This document shows, piece by piece, positions 23,150 through 31,861 of a DNA stretch of 64,000 nucleotides. A program made the translations under genes and the position numbers. How positions within the stretch are numbered: position 1 is the first letter of the stretch; each line of letters begins with the position of its first letter. The stretch is from the NCBI GenBank assembly GCA_036009745.1, contig DASYLE010000147.1, positions 17,400 to 81,399 on the forward strand, in the 5' to 3' direction. This DNA comes from Luteibacter sp. (lineage in GTDB: Bacteria; Pseudomonadota; Gammaproteobacteria; Xanthomonadales; Rhodanobacteraceae). The notes under the pieces were generated by a model. It was not told the origin of the DNA. It saw only the letters and a list, made by a program, of their open reading frames with translations, and searched no databases.

Positions 23150-25084
23150 TCAGAAATGGATATTGAACAAGCCGCTGCGGATATACAGGTCCAGGGTCGC
23201 CACATCGAGCGTGCCGATGCCCGCGCCCGGCTCATAGCCGGCCTTGCCGTCGTAGAACCAGTTGTCGCCCGTCTTCACATCGGCGAACGGCGACAGGCTG
23301 CCGTAACCGAGTGCGAACTGCATCAGGTACATTTGCGAATTCAGCAGGCCGACGCGGTGCCCGGCGCTCTGCCGCAGCAACGCGCTGATACCATTCAGCT
23401 GCGGGGCGACAAAGCTCGTGCCACCCTCACCCGAGACCAGGGCGCCGGACGATACGATCAGATAGCCGGTGTTCGGATCGGCATTGAGCGAGACATCCGG
23501 CAAATTGCGACCGCGGAATTTCGAGGGCAACTGGACGAGCGTGGTCGGGCCATTGTCCGGGTCGTTGAATACCAGCGCCTGGCCGCTCTCGCTCTTCTTG
23601 ATACCGCTGGTCAGCAACTGGTAGCTCGGCATCGGCCAGTACACGCTGACGCCACCACCACTACCGGTGGCGAACGTGTTGAACGACGCACCGAAGTTGG
23701 CCTCGAAGTAATCCTGAACGTAACGCCAGCCCCACACGCCTTCCTTCGAGAAAATCTCGTCGGCGCCACCGGGAATATTGAAGGTGAAGGGACGCGTGGT
23801 GCCACCGGCGGCAGTGATGTAGGGATCCGAGGCAGGCGAATCGACCGCCAACGGCGCGTTGAAGAAGCCGATATCAGTGCCGGTTCCGAGCTTCTCCACG
23901 GTGTCGTACGCGCCCGAATCGCCAGTGGCCGCGAATACCGATTGGCCCTGCGCGGCAGCTTCCATGAAGAGCTGGTGCAACGCCATCAGATCGCCAACGT
24001 CCGTGGTGTCGGTAACAGCGGCGCCGGGGATGTTCAGCGCGGCGAAATTGAACAGTTCCGGCGTACCGAAGCTGGTCGAGATGCTATCTGCCTGGTTGTC
24101 CGAAACGGCTTGCGCGAAGGCGTCCACGAAGCCGGTACCACCACTCGGAGCGTGGTACACGAGAATGTCGGCGAACGGCGCAAGACCACCGGCCTGTTCG
24201 ACGTCAAGCGCCGTCTCGGCGCTATTGCCATCGATCGCGCCACCGCCGTCGACGGGGATCTCGGTAATGCGGTTCGGCTTCGTAGCAAGACCGATCTGGC
24301 TCCAGTAGCTGACCGCATCATTGGGATCGAAGTCGGACAAGGTGACGATAGCCACCGTGCTACCTTCGCCAGTGATGCCGCGCTTGTACAGCGGGTTGAT
24401 ATTGTAGAAATCGGCAACGTCACCCACCGTGAAGCTGCCCGGCGTGCCAGTGGCGGTCGGATTGGTGGTGTTCGTCTTTGGCGCCTTCGCAGCGCTTTTC
24501 GCGTTGAAGGAAAGCGAATGTGGTGCCAGCGGGAATTGCGGTGCGCTAAGCCGATGGGAAACGTACTTCGGTTCGTTGCTCAGACCCGTCGTGGCAACCA
24601 CGAGGTTGGCGATCGACGATGGCAGCAAGGCAGCCTTGACCGGGCGATGGAAACGCTCACCCTTCGACGAGACGAAGTCGTGGATCGGGGCCTGGAACGC
24701 GGCGCTGAACTGGGCGAGGCTGCCGTTGACGCGGATCGCCTGGCGGCTATCCATGACCTGGCCGGTCAGGCCCTGCTTGCGCAGGAACGCCTGCACCTGG
24801 GCGACGTCGGCATCGGTGGCGCCGTACTTGCTGGCGAATTCGGCGGTACTCAGGAACTTCTGGAAATGGGCGCTGCCCGGCGTGACGGTGTCCTGGATGT
24901 ACTTCTCCAGGTCGGCCTGGTTGCGCAGGCGGAGCATCAGGGTGACGGTGGTGGTCTGCGCGTTGCTGGCTACGCCGACATCGGTGGCCGGCAAGGTGTT
25001 GGCGGCAGCGGCAACCGTGGCGACGCCGGACAGGCAAAGCGCGAGAGACGCGGCCAGGGCGGTACGATGAAATTTGCTGTACAT
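23150..25084 (-). CDS. S53 (sedolisin/kumamolisin) peptidase, copy 2
   Basis: Same architecture and catalytic motifs (AETALDVE, ATGDSGA, GGTSFVAP); tandem paralogue of copy 1. Confidence 0.95.
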   Translation of the reverse strand: MYSKFHRTALAASLALCLSGVATVAAAANTLPATDVGVASNAQTTTVTLMLRLRNQADLEKYIQDTVTPGSAHFQKFLSTAEFASKYGATDADVAQVQAFLRKQGLTGQVMDSRQAIRVNGSLAQFSAAFQAPIHDFVSSKGERFHRPVKAALLPSSIANLVVATTGLSNEPKYVSHRLSAPQFPLAPHSLSFNAKSAAKAPKTNTTNPTATGTPGSFTVGDVADFYNINPLYKRGITGEGSTVAIVTLSDFDPNDAVSYWSQIGLATKPNRITEIPVDGGGAIDGNSAETALDVEQAGGLAPFADILVYHAPSGGTGFVDAFAQAVSDNQADSISTSFGTPELFNFAALNIPGAAVTDTTDVGDLMALHQLFMEAAAQGQSVFAATGDSGAYDTVEKLGTGTDIGFFNAPLAVDSPASDPYITAAGGTTRPFTFNIPGGADEIFSKEGVWGWRYVQDYFEANFGASFNTFATGSGGGVSVYWPMPSYQLLTSGIKKSESGQALVFNDPDNGPTTLVQLPSKFRGRNLPDVSLNADPNTGYLIVSSGALVSGEGGTSFVAPQLNGISALLRQSAGHRVGLLNSQMYLMQFALGYGSLSPFADVKTGDNWFYDGKAGYEPGAGIGTLDVATLDLYIRSGLFNIHF

Positions 25085-25462
25085 CGGAATTCCTCGGGAG
25101 GGACGAATAAGCTGGCCGGTTTTTCGGCGCCTGTCCTGGTCATGCGGCCACGGCGGCGCCGCTCTCCGGTCAGAACCGTAAAGCGATGCGTTGAAAGGAC
25201 GACCCTATGGCGGCGGGACGAATCCCCCAAGAGCTAACGAAACGTCGCGCCGACTCCGTGAACGCTATTCCGGGGTGATGACAGTGCGGCGGCATTCCGA
25301 CGCAAAATAAAATGACAAAGCCGTGGCATGGCGGGTATTTGACGACGGCGAATTGCAACACAGACTGTCATCGCACATGTCGTCCAAGCCCGTCAGGCCT
25401 TTAGCTCGCACACATGCAATAAGACGACTAATCTTGCGCCACCTGATGCAGGAATCCGCATA

Positions 25463-26359
25463 ATGCAGCGCACCGGCCTTTTTGAACTGAACGCGGTTGT
25501 CGCGGTGTCGACCCATCGCAACTTTCGCCAGGCAGCCATCGAACTGGGAATGTCGCCGTCGGCGCTCAGCCATGCGATCGCCGCGCTCGAAAAACGCATG
25601 GGCGTCAGACTGTTCAACCGCACCACGCGAAGCGTGTCCCTGTCCGAAGCAGGCGAGCACTTCCTCACGCGTGTACGACCGGCTTTGCGTGAAATCGCCG
25701 ATGCCATGGAGGCGGTCAACGCCTTTCGCGACACCCCGACCGGCGTGCTGCGGATCAATACTTCCGAAGGTGGCGCGCAGCGCATCCTCGCACCCGTCGT
25801 GCTCGAGTTCCTCAGGCGCTACCCTGACATGCAGGTGGAGATTGCCACCGAGGGACGCCTGGTCGACATCGTTGCCGACGGTTTCGACGCCGGTATCCGG
25901 CTCAGCGAAGCCCTGCCGCAGGACATGGTCGCCGTCGCGTTTGGTCCGCGCGTGAGCTTCGCCGTGGTCGGCTCGCCGGGCTATTTCATGTCGCATTCGA
26001 CACCGCTCACGCCAGCCGACCTGGCCTCGCACGAATGCATCCGCAACCGCATGCCGAGCGGCAAGCTATTCCCTTGGGAATTCGAAATGCACGGCCAGGA
26101 AGTCGCTGTCGACGTCAAAGGCCAGCTGACGCTAGACAACCATACCCTGATGATTGAAGCCGCCATCCACGGCGCAGGGCTGATCTGGACCAGCGAGTGG
26201 GCAGTGGAGGCGCCCATTGCCGACGGACGCCTGGTGCGGGTTCTCGAAGACTGGACGCCACCCTATCCGGGCCTGTGCCTGTACTACCCGGGCCATCGCC
26301 ATGTACCGGCGGGGCTACGCGCGTTTATCGAGGTACTGCGCGAAACGACGAGTCAATAG
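25463..26359 (+). CDS. LysR family transcriptional regulator
   Basis: NFRQAAIELGMSPSALSHAIAALEKRMGVRLFNRTTRSVSLSEAG; DIVADGFDAGIR. Confidence 0.96.
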   Translation: MQRTGLFELNAVVAVSTHRNFRQAAIELGMSPSALSHAIAALEKRMGVRLFNRTTRSVSLSEAGEHFLTRVRPALREIADAMEAVNAFRDTPTGVLRINTSEGGAQRILAPVVLEFLRRYPDMQVEIATEGRLVDIVADGFDAGIRLSEALPQDMVAVAFGPRVSFAVVGSPGYFMSHSTPLTPADLASHECIRNRMPSGKLFPWEFEMHGQEVAVDVKGQLTLDNHTLMIEAAIHGAGLIWTSEWAVEAPIADGRLVRVLEDWTPPYPGLCLYYPGHRHVPAGLRAFIEVLRETTSQ

Positions 26360-26370
26360 CGCACATGTGC

Positions 26371-26401
26371 TTGACCCTCACGCAACGTCAGGCCGTAACG
26401 T
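26371..26401 (+). promoter_or_regulatory. MerR-type promoter with 19-bp spacer and dyad operator
   Basis: TTGACC-19bp-TAACGT; the spacer holds CCTCACG-CAA-CGTCAGG, a TipA-like dyad. Confidence 0.85.
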
Positions 26402-26430
26402 CCGTTCCACGCAGACAGGAGAACAGGCAA

Positions 26431-27459
26431 ATGCTGTTGAAAATAGGTGAGTTGGCCAAACGCACGGGACTCACCGTGCGCACGCTGCATCACTACGACA
26501 GTATCGGCCTGCTCAAACCTTCCGCGCGTTCCGATGCCGGCTACCGGCTGTACGACCGGACGGATATCGCCAGGCTGCATCAGATCCAGGCCCTGCGCCG
26601 GCTGGCCATGTCGCTGTCGGCCATCGGAGCCCTCATGGCGGGAACGGGACCCGGCCTGCCCACGATCATCGACCAGCAGCTCCGCCTACTGGGAGAACAG
26701 ATCGAGCGGACCGAAAGACTTCGAGACCGACTCGGTCAACTGCGCCAGCAGCTGACTGACGGCCAGGAGCCCGAACTCGCCGACTGGTTGACCACTCTGG
26801 AGCTGATGACCATGTACGACCGCTATTTCTCCACCGAAGAACTGCAAAGGCTGGCTTTTGTCGGAACCGACACCGATCGAAAATCGGCGTGGGCGGCCAA
26901 TGTCACCGTGGCGCGGGCGATGATCGACCGCGGCGTCTCGCCGAGCGATGCCGAAGCGCAGATCCTCGCCGCACGCTGGATGGGCATGCTCGAAGAGGAT
27001 ACGGATGCCGACCCCCGCCTTTTCCATAAGCTCAACCATATGTTCGGCGAAGAGCCTGGGATACGCGAGCAGACCGGTATCTCGGCGGAAGTTACGGCGT
27101 TTATTCATAGCGCATTCGCCGAAAGCCGGCTCGCCCTTTACGAAAAATATCTTTCGCCGGACGAATACGCATTCATGCGTACGAACTTTCCTGGACATTC
27201 GAGCGATTGGCCCGAACTGATCGCGTCGGTTCGACAGCATATGGACCACGGCGTCTCCCCGGAGGACCCCGAGGTCAGGGCTCTCGCGGAACGTTGGTTC
27301 ACGATGTTCCGCCGCTACGCCGGCGATGATCCAGCCACATGGATGAAAATCCGCCTGGCACATGAAAAAGAGCCCGGCCTGCTCAAGGCTGCATGGATCG
27401 ACGAGGCCATGATCACGTTCATTGGCAAGGCGATTGGCAGGGATCGCACACCTTCGTAG
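26431..27459 (+). CDS. MerR-family regulator with tandem TipAS-like drug-binding domains (AlbA-like)
   Basis: LKIGELAKRTGLTVRTLHHYDSIGLL HTH; two repeats (MYDRYFS..EL / LYEKYLSPDE; LAARWMG / LAERWFT) resembling Klebsiella AlbA. Confidence 0.9.
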   Translation: MLLKIGELAKRTGLTVRTLHHYDSIGLLKPSARSDAGYRLYDRTDIARLHQIQALRRLAMSLSAIGALMAGTGPGLPTIIDQQLRLLGEQIERTERLRDRLGQLRQQLTDGQEPELADWLTTLELMTMYDRYFSTEELQRLAFVGTDTDRKSAWAANVTVARAMIDRGVSPSDAEAQILAARWMGMLEEDTDADPRLFHKLNHMFGEEPGIREQTGISAEVTAFIHSAFAESRLALYEKYLSPDEYAFMRTNFPGHSSDWPELIASVRQHMDHGVSPEDPEVRALAERWFTMFRRYAGDDPATWMKIRLAHEKEPGLLKAAWIDEAMITFIGKAIGRDRTPS

Positions 27460-27550
27460 CGGTCCGTACCATCCTGCCTCTAAACCCTAATCTTCAACTC
27501 ATGGCTGCAAGATCGCGGGTTTTGAAAAAGAGTTGTTCTTCAGCTTCTGA

Positions 27551-27787
27551 TCACTCATCCATCGTGATCAGTTTTTCGATATCGTCGATGGCGAAGGCGT
27601 GGGCGATGCGTTCGCGATCGGATTCGTCCATCAGGTAGCACACCGCGTCGAGTGCACGCCGCGTGCGCAGGGCCTCGCCGCGCCTGACCAGGTAACCGTC
27701 CGCGCCATAGGTCACGGTATAGATCGCCCGCTCTCCATGTCGCCGGCGATATTCGATCGTGCGGTATTGCGTCGTGCCTGTATCCAT
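27551..27787 (-). CDS. Hypothetical protein (78 aa)
   Basis: RBS GGAGG before ATG; compact ORF MDTGTTQYRTIEY...DDIEKLITMDE. Confidence 0.65.
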   Translation of the reverse strand: MDTGTTQYRTIEYRRRHGERAIYTVTYGADGYLVRRGEALRTRRALDAVCYLMDESDRERIAHAFAIDDIEKLITMDE

Positions 27788-27985
27788 GTCCGCCTCCGCT
27801 CGGCGGCCATCCTTGCGTTCCCCCGCAATACACAAAGCATACCGACCGCCAATTACCGATTCGTGAAGTTGGCGGCATGATCGTGTTACGAATCTTTTCC
27901 GCGTGCCAAGAACGCCTTCACTCGAAAGCCACGGTTTCTTTGGCTGCGGCGGGCGATGCTTGCAGCACTATCGGAGGAGAACATC

Positions 27986-28138
27986 GTGGCAACGAAGAAA
28001 AGCGATCAAGGCAAGCAACCACCCGCCCCAAAGGAGACAGGCCGCGATACGCCCAAACGGCCCGAGGACACCACGAGTTCCGGCGATGCCCGCAATGGCG
28101 CCGGCGAGGACAATCACGCGTCGCCAGATAAGCGCTGA
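27986..28138 (+). CDS. Small hydrophilic hypothetical protein
   Basis: Strong RBS GGAGGAG, GTG start, disordered 50-aa product. Confidence 0.5.
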   Translation: MATKKSDQGKQPPAPKETGRDTPKRPEDTTSSGDARNGAGEDNHASPDKR

Positions 28139-28163
28139 CCTTATCCACCGGAGATCATCCCTC

Positions 28164-28346
28164 ATGTCCGATGACCTGAAGAAGACCCAACCGCAGGACG
28201 CCAGCAAGGTCAATGTCCACGAAAGCTGGGAAGTGGCTTACTGGACGAAAAAATTCGGTTGCACCGAGGCCGGTTTGCAGGCAGCCGTCAAAGCCGTTGG
28301 CACCGGCGCCAATGCGGTTGAAAGCTATCTGAAGCGCAATAAGTAA
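28164..28346 (+). CDS. DUF3606 family protein
   Basis: MSDDLKKTQPQDASKVNVHESWEVAYWTKKFGCTEAGLQAAVKAVG pattern; RBS GGAG. Confidence 0.88.
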   Translation: MSDDLKKTQPQDASKVNVHESWEVAYWTKKFGCTEAGLQAAVKAVGTGANAVESYLKRNK

Positions 28347-28350
28347 CGCA

Positions 28351-28644
28351 TTACGGCTTGACGGTGCACTCGTAGATCGCCTGGTAGTCGTATCTCGGGG
28401 CGCTGGTTTGGCCAACCGACTGCGTCATCGGCAATTCGACGCGGGACTTGATCGCGCGAAGCCGGGCGTCGCCACCGCAGGTCGTTCGTGCCATGGAGGC
28501 GCAGGGTGCCGTACTGGTCGCCTCGGCCGTGCATCCGACGGTCAGCAGCGGGCGCGAATTGTCATTCCGCTTCGGCAGGCTGTCGCAGCCGGCAAGCAGA
28601 CCGATGGTCGCGACGAGGAGCCATCCCCCTTGGAAAATCATCAT
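28351..28644 (-). CDS. Small putative lipoprotein
   Basis: Lipobox LLAGC after a hydrophobic stretch; four further Cys. Confidence 0.65.
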   Translation of the reverse strand: MMIFQGGWLLVATIGLLAGCDSLPKRNDNSRPLLTVGCTAEATSTAPCASMARTTCGGDARLRAIKSRVELPMTQSVGQTSAPRYDYQAIYECTVKP

Positions 28645-28747
28645 ACGCGCCATTGGTGCAACCTCTGCTTCAGCCAACACCCATTATCGGCGCGGGCCTA
28701 TGACGGGGCAATGGCGGGCCAGTGACATGGCTCGGGGGAAGGACCGG

Positions 28748-28975
28748 CTAGGTCAGGTGGTCCAGCCCATGGTGGATCGAAAGATGCGCCTTCTGCTCCG
28801 GCGAGCCCTCGACGGCGTGGGCGATATCGGCCAGCTTGATGTTCGCCGGCCGGCCGTTTTCGTCGACGACGCGCAGGTTCTGGATAGTCGCCGTCTCGCC
28901 GTGCATGACGAGGAAACCGGTGTAGGTATAGGTATGTCCGTTCTGTGCGGTGTACTGGTCCCGGATAGCCGTCAT
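28748..28975 (-). CDS. Hypothetical protein (75 aa)
   Basis: MTAIRDQYTAQNGHTYTYTG...; plausible codon use; no motif. Confidence 0.55.
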   Translation of the reverse strand: MTAIRDQYTAQNGHTYTYTGFLVMHGETATIQNLRVVDENGRPANIKLADIAHAVEGSPEQKAHLSIHHGLDHLT

Positions 28976-29115
28976 ACGCGTATGCCCTGTTCGATGCGGT
29001 GCCCCATAGTCCGCGCCAATCGCTTCGACCGCAAGCCGCCCCCCTGAAACCATGACAATCAGGCAACATCCCCGGCGTTAGGCTATGCCGTTACCGCAAA
29101 GGCAAAGGCTACCCC

Positions 29116-29916
29116 ATGGACCTCAAGCTCGCCGGCAAGTCCGCCCTGGTGACCGGCTCCACCGCCGGCATCGGCCTGGAAATCGCCAGGCGCCTTTCGG
29201 CTGAAGGCGTCGGTGTCGTCCTCGCCGGTCGATCGAAGGCGAAGCTCGACGACGCCGCGGCTTCCGTGGCGGCGCTCGCCCCGAAGGGCGCTCCGCCAAC
29301 CCGCGCCATCCTCGCCGACGTCGCCACGTCCGAGGGTGCAGCGACGATCATCCGCGAACTCGCCGAGGTGGACATCCTGGTCAACAACCTCGGGATCTAC
29401 GAAGCCAAGCCCTTTGCCGAGATCACCGACGAGGACTGGCACACGCTCTTCGAGGTCAACCTCGTCAGTGGCGCGCGCCTGGCCCGCCACTATTTTCCCG
29501 GCATGCTCGCCCGCGACTGGGGCCGGGTCATTTTCATCGCCAGCGAATCGGCGGTCATGATTCCTTCGGAGATGATCCATTACGGCCTGACCAAGACCGC
29601 CCAGCTCTCGCTATCGCGTGGCCTTGCCGCACTCAGCAAGGGCAGCAAGGTCACGGTCAATGCGGTCATGCCAGGTCCCACGCAATCGGAAGGCATCGCC
29701 GACTTCCTGCGCAGCGTCGCCAGCGATCCCAAAGCACCGCTGAAAGAGCTCGAGGCGGAGTTCTTCCGCATACATCGCCCGACCTCGCTGATCCAACGGA
29801 TGATCGAAGCCGACGAAATCGCCTCGCTCGTCGCCTACGTGGCCAGTCCGCTGTCGGCGGCCATCAATGGAGCCGCGTTACGCGTGGATGGAGGCATCAC
29901 ACCGACCATCGTCTAG
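29116..29916 (+). CDS. SDR family NAD(P)-dependent oxidoreductase
   Basis: TGSTAGIG, DILVNNLG, YGLTK, NAVMPGPT. Confidence 0.95.
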   Translation: MDLKLAGKSALVTGSTAGIGLEIARRLSAEGVGVVLAGRSKAKLDDAAASVAALAPKGAPPTRAILADVATSEGAATIIRELAEVDILVNNLGIYEAKPFAEITDEDWHTLFEVNLVSGARLARHYFPGMLARDWGRVIFIASESAVMIPSEMIHYGLTKTAQLSLSRGLAALSKGSKVTVNAVMPGPTQSEGIADFLRSVASDPKAPLKELEAEFFRIHRPTSLIQRMIEADEIASLVAYVASPLSAAINGAALRVDGGITPTIV

Positions 29917-29981
29917 CCCCGTCATGCGGCGATATTCGGTCGATGGCATCATGCCGGCTCCATATCCATCAGGGGAAGGTA

Positions 29982-30230
29982 GTGAAACCTGTTGTCCTGT
30001 TCAGTCTTGCTCTGCGCATTATCGGTGCGTGGACGCTGGTCTCGGGCCTCGAGTTCGTCGTTTCCTGGTTCGACGTGCGCATGGGTCTTTCGCAAATGAC
30101 TAATTACCAGGCGACGGCGTTCATCAACCAGGCGATAGCCCATGTCGTGATTGCCATGGTCCTGTTGACCTTCGCGCCGTATTTTGCGAGCCGCTGTTAT
30201 CCGGCGCGTTCCGTCGATCCGGAAGCCTGA
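29982..30230 (+). CDS. Small two-TM hypothetical protein
   Basis: RBS AGGGGAAGG, GTG start, two hydrophobic helices. Confidence 0.55.
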   Translation: MKPVVLFSLALRIIGAWTLVSGLEFVVSWFDVRMGLSQMTNYQATAFINQAIAHVVIAMVLLTFAPYFASRCYPARSVDPEA

Positions 30231-30266
30231 TGGGCGTTGGCGAGTCCTTTCGCCGCACGCCGGAGG

Positions 30267-30794
30267 TTAGGCCGATCGCAATGGTTCGATGAAGTTGAGC
30301 CGGTTGCCGAACGGATCGATGACCGTGGTGGTCCGTCCCCACGGCAAGTCCTCGATACCGGGATTCATGTACTTGTAGCGCTTCGTTGAAATCTCGCGCT
30401 GGAACGCATCCACGCCATGGATGGTGATGTTCGCCGATGCGCCCGGACTGCCGTCACCGTGGTGTTCGGACAGGTGCAGGGTCAGCCCCGAGCGCGAGAC
30501 CTGTGCGAATACCGGGCCCTGGGAGTTGTCGTCCCAATCCCAGTGGAAACCCAGCCAGTCGACATAGAACTCACGCGCCTTTTCGACGGAGAATATGCGA
30601 AAGATCGGTGTGGCCCCGGCGAAGACGATGCCGTCCGCCGCGGCGATCCTTGCCGACAAAGTGTTCCAGTCCGCCACTCCGAACTGGTGGGCGACGATTT
30701 CCAGGCATTCGCCATGGGTGATGTCGATATCCCGTGTGGCGAATGCCTCCCGCAATGACTTGGCCATTGCCTTGGCTTGCTGATACGTACGCAT
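30267..30794 (-). CDS. Glyoxalase/bleomycin-resistance (VOC) protein with N-terminal glyoxalase-superfamily helical domain
   Basis: AKAMAKSLR...HGECLEIVAHQFGVADWNTLSA; TPIFRIFSVEKAREFYVDWLGF; LHLSEHHGDGSPG; DPFGNRL. Confidence 0.92.
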   Translation of the reverse strand: MRTYQQAKAMAKSLREAFATRDIDITHGECLEIVAHQFGVADWNTLSARIAAADGIVFAGATPIFRIFSVEKAREFYVDWLGFHWDWDDNSQGPVFAQVSRSGLTLHLSEHHGDGSPGASANITIHGVDAFQREISTKRYKYMNPGIEDLPWGRTTTVIDPFGNRLNFIEPLRSA

Positions 30795-30977
30795 GGTGAG
30801 CCTCGCTGACGCGACGGAACCTGGGGCGGCGCCTGCGTTACCGTCTCATCCGCCGCTCTGCAAAGGCCAGGTCAGGGATTGGATACATTCACCATGACCC
30901 GGAGGTCGCAGGCGGCTGGCTGCATCGGCCGACGCGGAATATGCGTCTGCCCAGACAGACCTGTCAATGGACGAAGG

Positions 30978-31301
30978 TCATGCCTCGCTATAAATCCCCA
31001 TGTCGGCGCGCACGCCCAGCGCGAGCATGAAAACGGCCGGATCGAAGCCTTCTTCGGCATATTTTTTTTGCACGACGTCCTTGGCCTCGACGATGGCCTG
31101 GGGACTCGCCCATTCGACCACGGTCATCACGTTGTATTCGCCGGGTCCGACCAGCTGGGTCAGGACCAGGTTCTGCCGGCAACCCGGGATGGCGTCCAGG
31201 GTCTGCTTGGTGCGCTGGAGTTGTTCGACGAAGGTCGGCAACGCATGGCCGGGGACGACGAACTTGTCGACACGAAAGACCGACGATGATTCGCTCGGCA
31301 T
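30978..31301 (-). CDS. Antibiotic-biosynthesis-monooxygenase (ABM)-like protein
   Basis: FRVDKFVVP...PGCRQN...YNVMTVVEWAS dimeric alpha-beta barrel pattern; SoxR-type promoter upstream. Confidence 0.8.
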   Translation of the reverse strand: MPSESSSVFRVDKFVVPGHALPTFVEQLQRTKQTLDAIPGCRQNLVLTQLVGPGEYNVMTVVEWASPQAIVEAKDVVQKKYAEEGFDPAVFMLALGVRADMGIYSEA

Positions 31302-31345
31302 GATGGCATTCCTCGGTGGTGCGCTTGATGCGCCAGGGAATTGCC

Positions 31346-31376
31346 ACTATAAAACCTCAAGTTAACTCGAGGTCAA
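31346..31376 (-). promoter_or_regulatory. SoxR box within a 19-bp-spacer promoter
   Basis: CCTCAAGTTAACTCGAGG (31355-31372), one mismatch to the canonical soxbox; minus-strand TTGACC-19bp-TATAGT points at the ABM gene. Confidence 0.92.
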
Positions 31377-31384
31377 TAGCCATC

Positions 31385-31858
31385 GTGACACAGGAACGAG
31401 CCGGATTGCCCACGATACTCTCGGTCGGAGACGTCGCACGCCGCAGCGGCGTGACCGTGTCCACCTTGCACTTCTACGAGACCAAGGGGCTGATAAGCAG
31501 CCAGCGCACGCACGGCAACCAGCGACGCTACGCGCGCGACGTGCTTCGACGCGTCGCTTTCATCCGTGTGGCGCAACGCGTCGGCATCGCCCTGGCCGAT
31601 ATCGAAACGGCACTGGCCTCGCTCCCGGCAACAGCCGCTCCCAGCCGTGCCGATTGGGAAAAGCTCTCCACGGCCTGGCGCGCGGAGCTGGACGAGCGCA
31701 TGGCACAGCTGAAGAAGTTGCGCGACACGCTCGACGACTGCATCGGTTGCGGCTGCCTGTCCATCGACCGTTGCCGGCTGCGCAATCCCGGGGACAAGCT
31801 CGCGACGAAGGGACCGGGGCCGCAACGCCTGTGGATCGGTACGCAGGCTGGGGAATAA
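31385..31858 (+). CDS. soxR: Redox-sensing transcriptional activator SoxR
   Basis: SVGDVARRSGVTVSTLHFYETKGLI..R..GNQRRY; [2Fe-2S] motif CIGCGCLSIDRC. Confidence 0.97.
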   Translation: MTQERAGLPTILSVGDVARRSGVTVSTLHFYETKGLISSQRTHGNQRRYARDVLRRVAFIRVAQRVGIALADIETALASLPATAAPSRADWEKLSTAWRAELDERMAQLKKLRDTLDDCIGCGCLSIDRCRLRNPGDKLATKGPGPQRLWIGTQAGE

Positions 31859-31861
31859 AAC

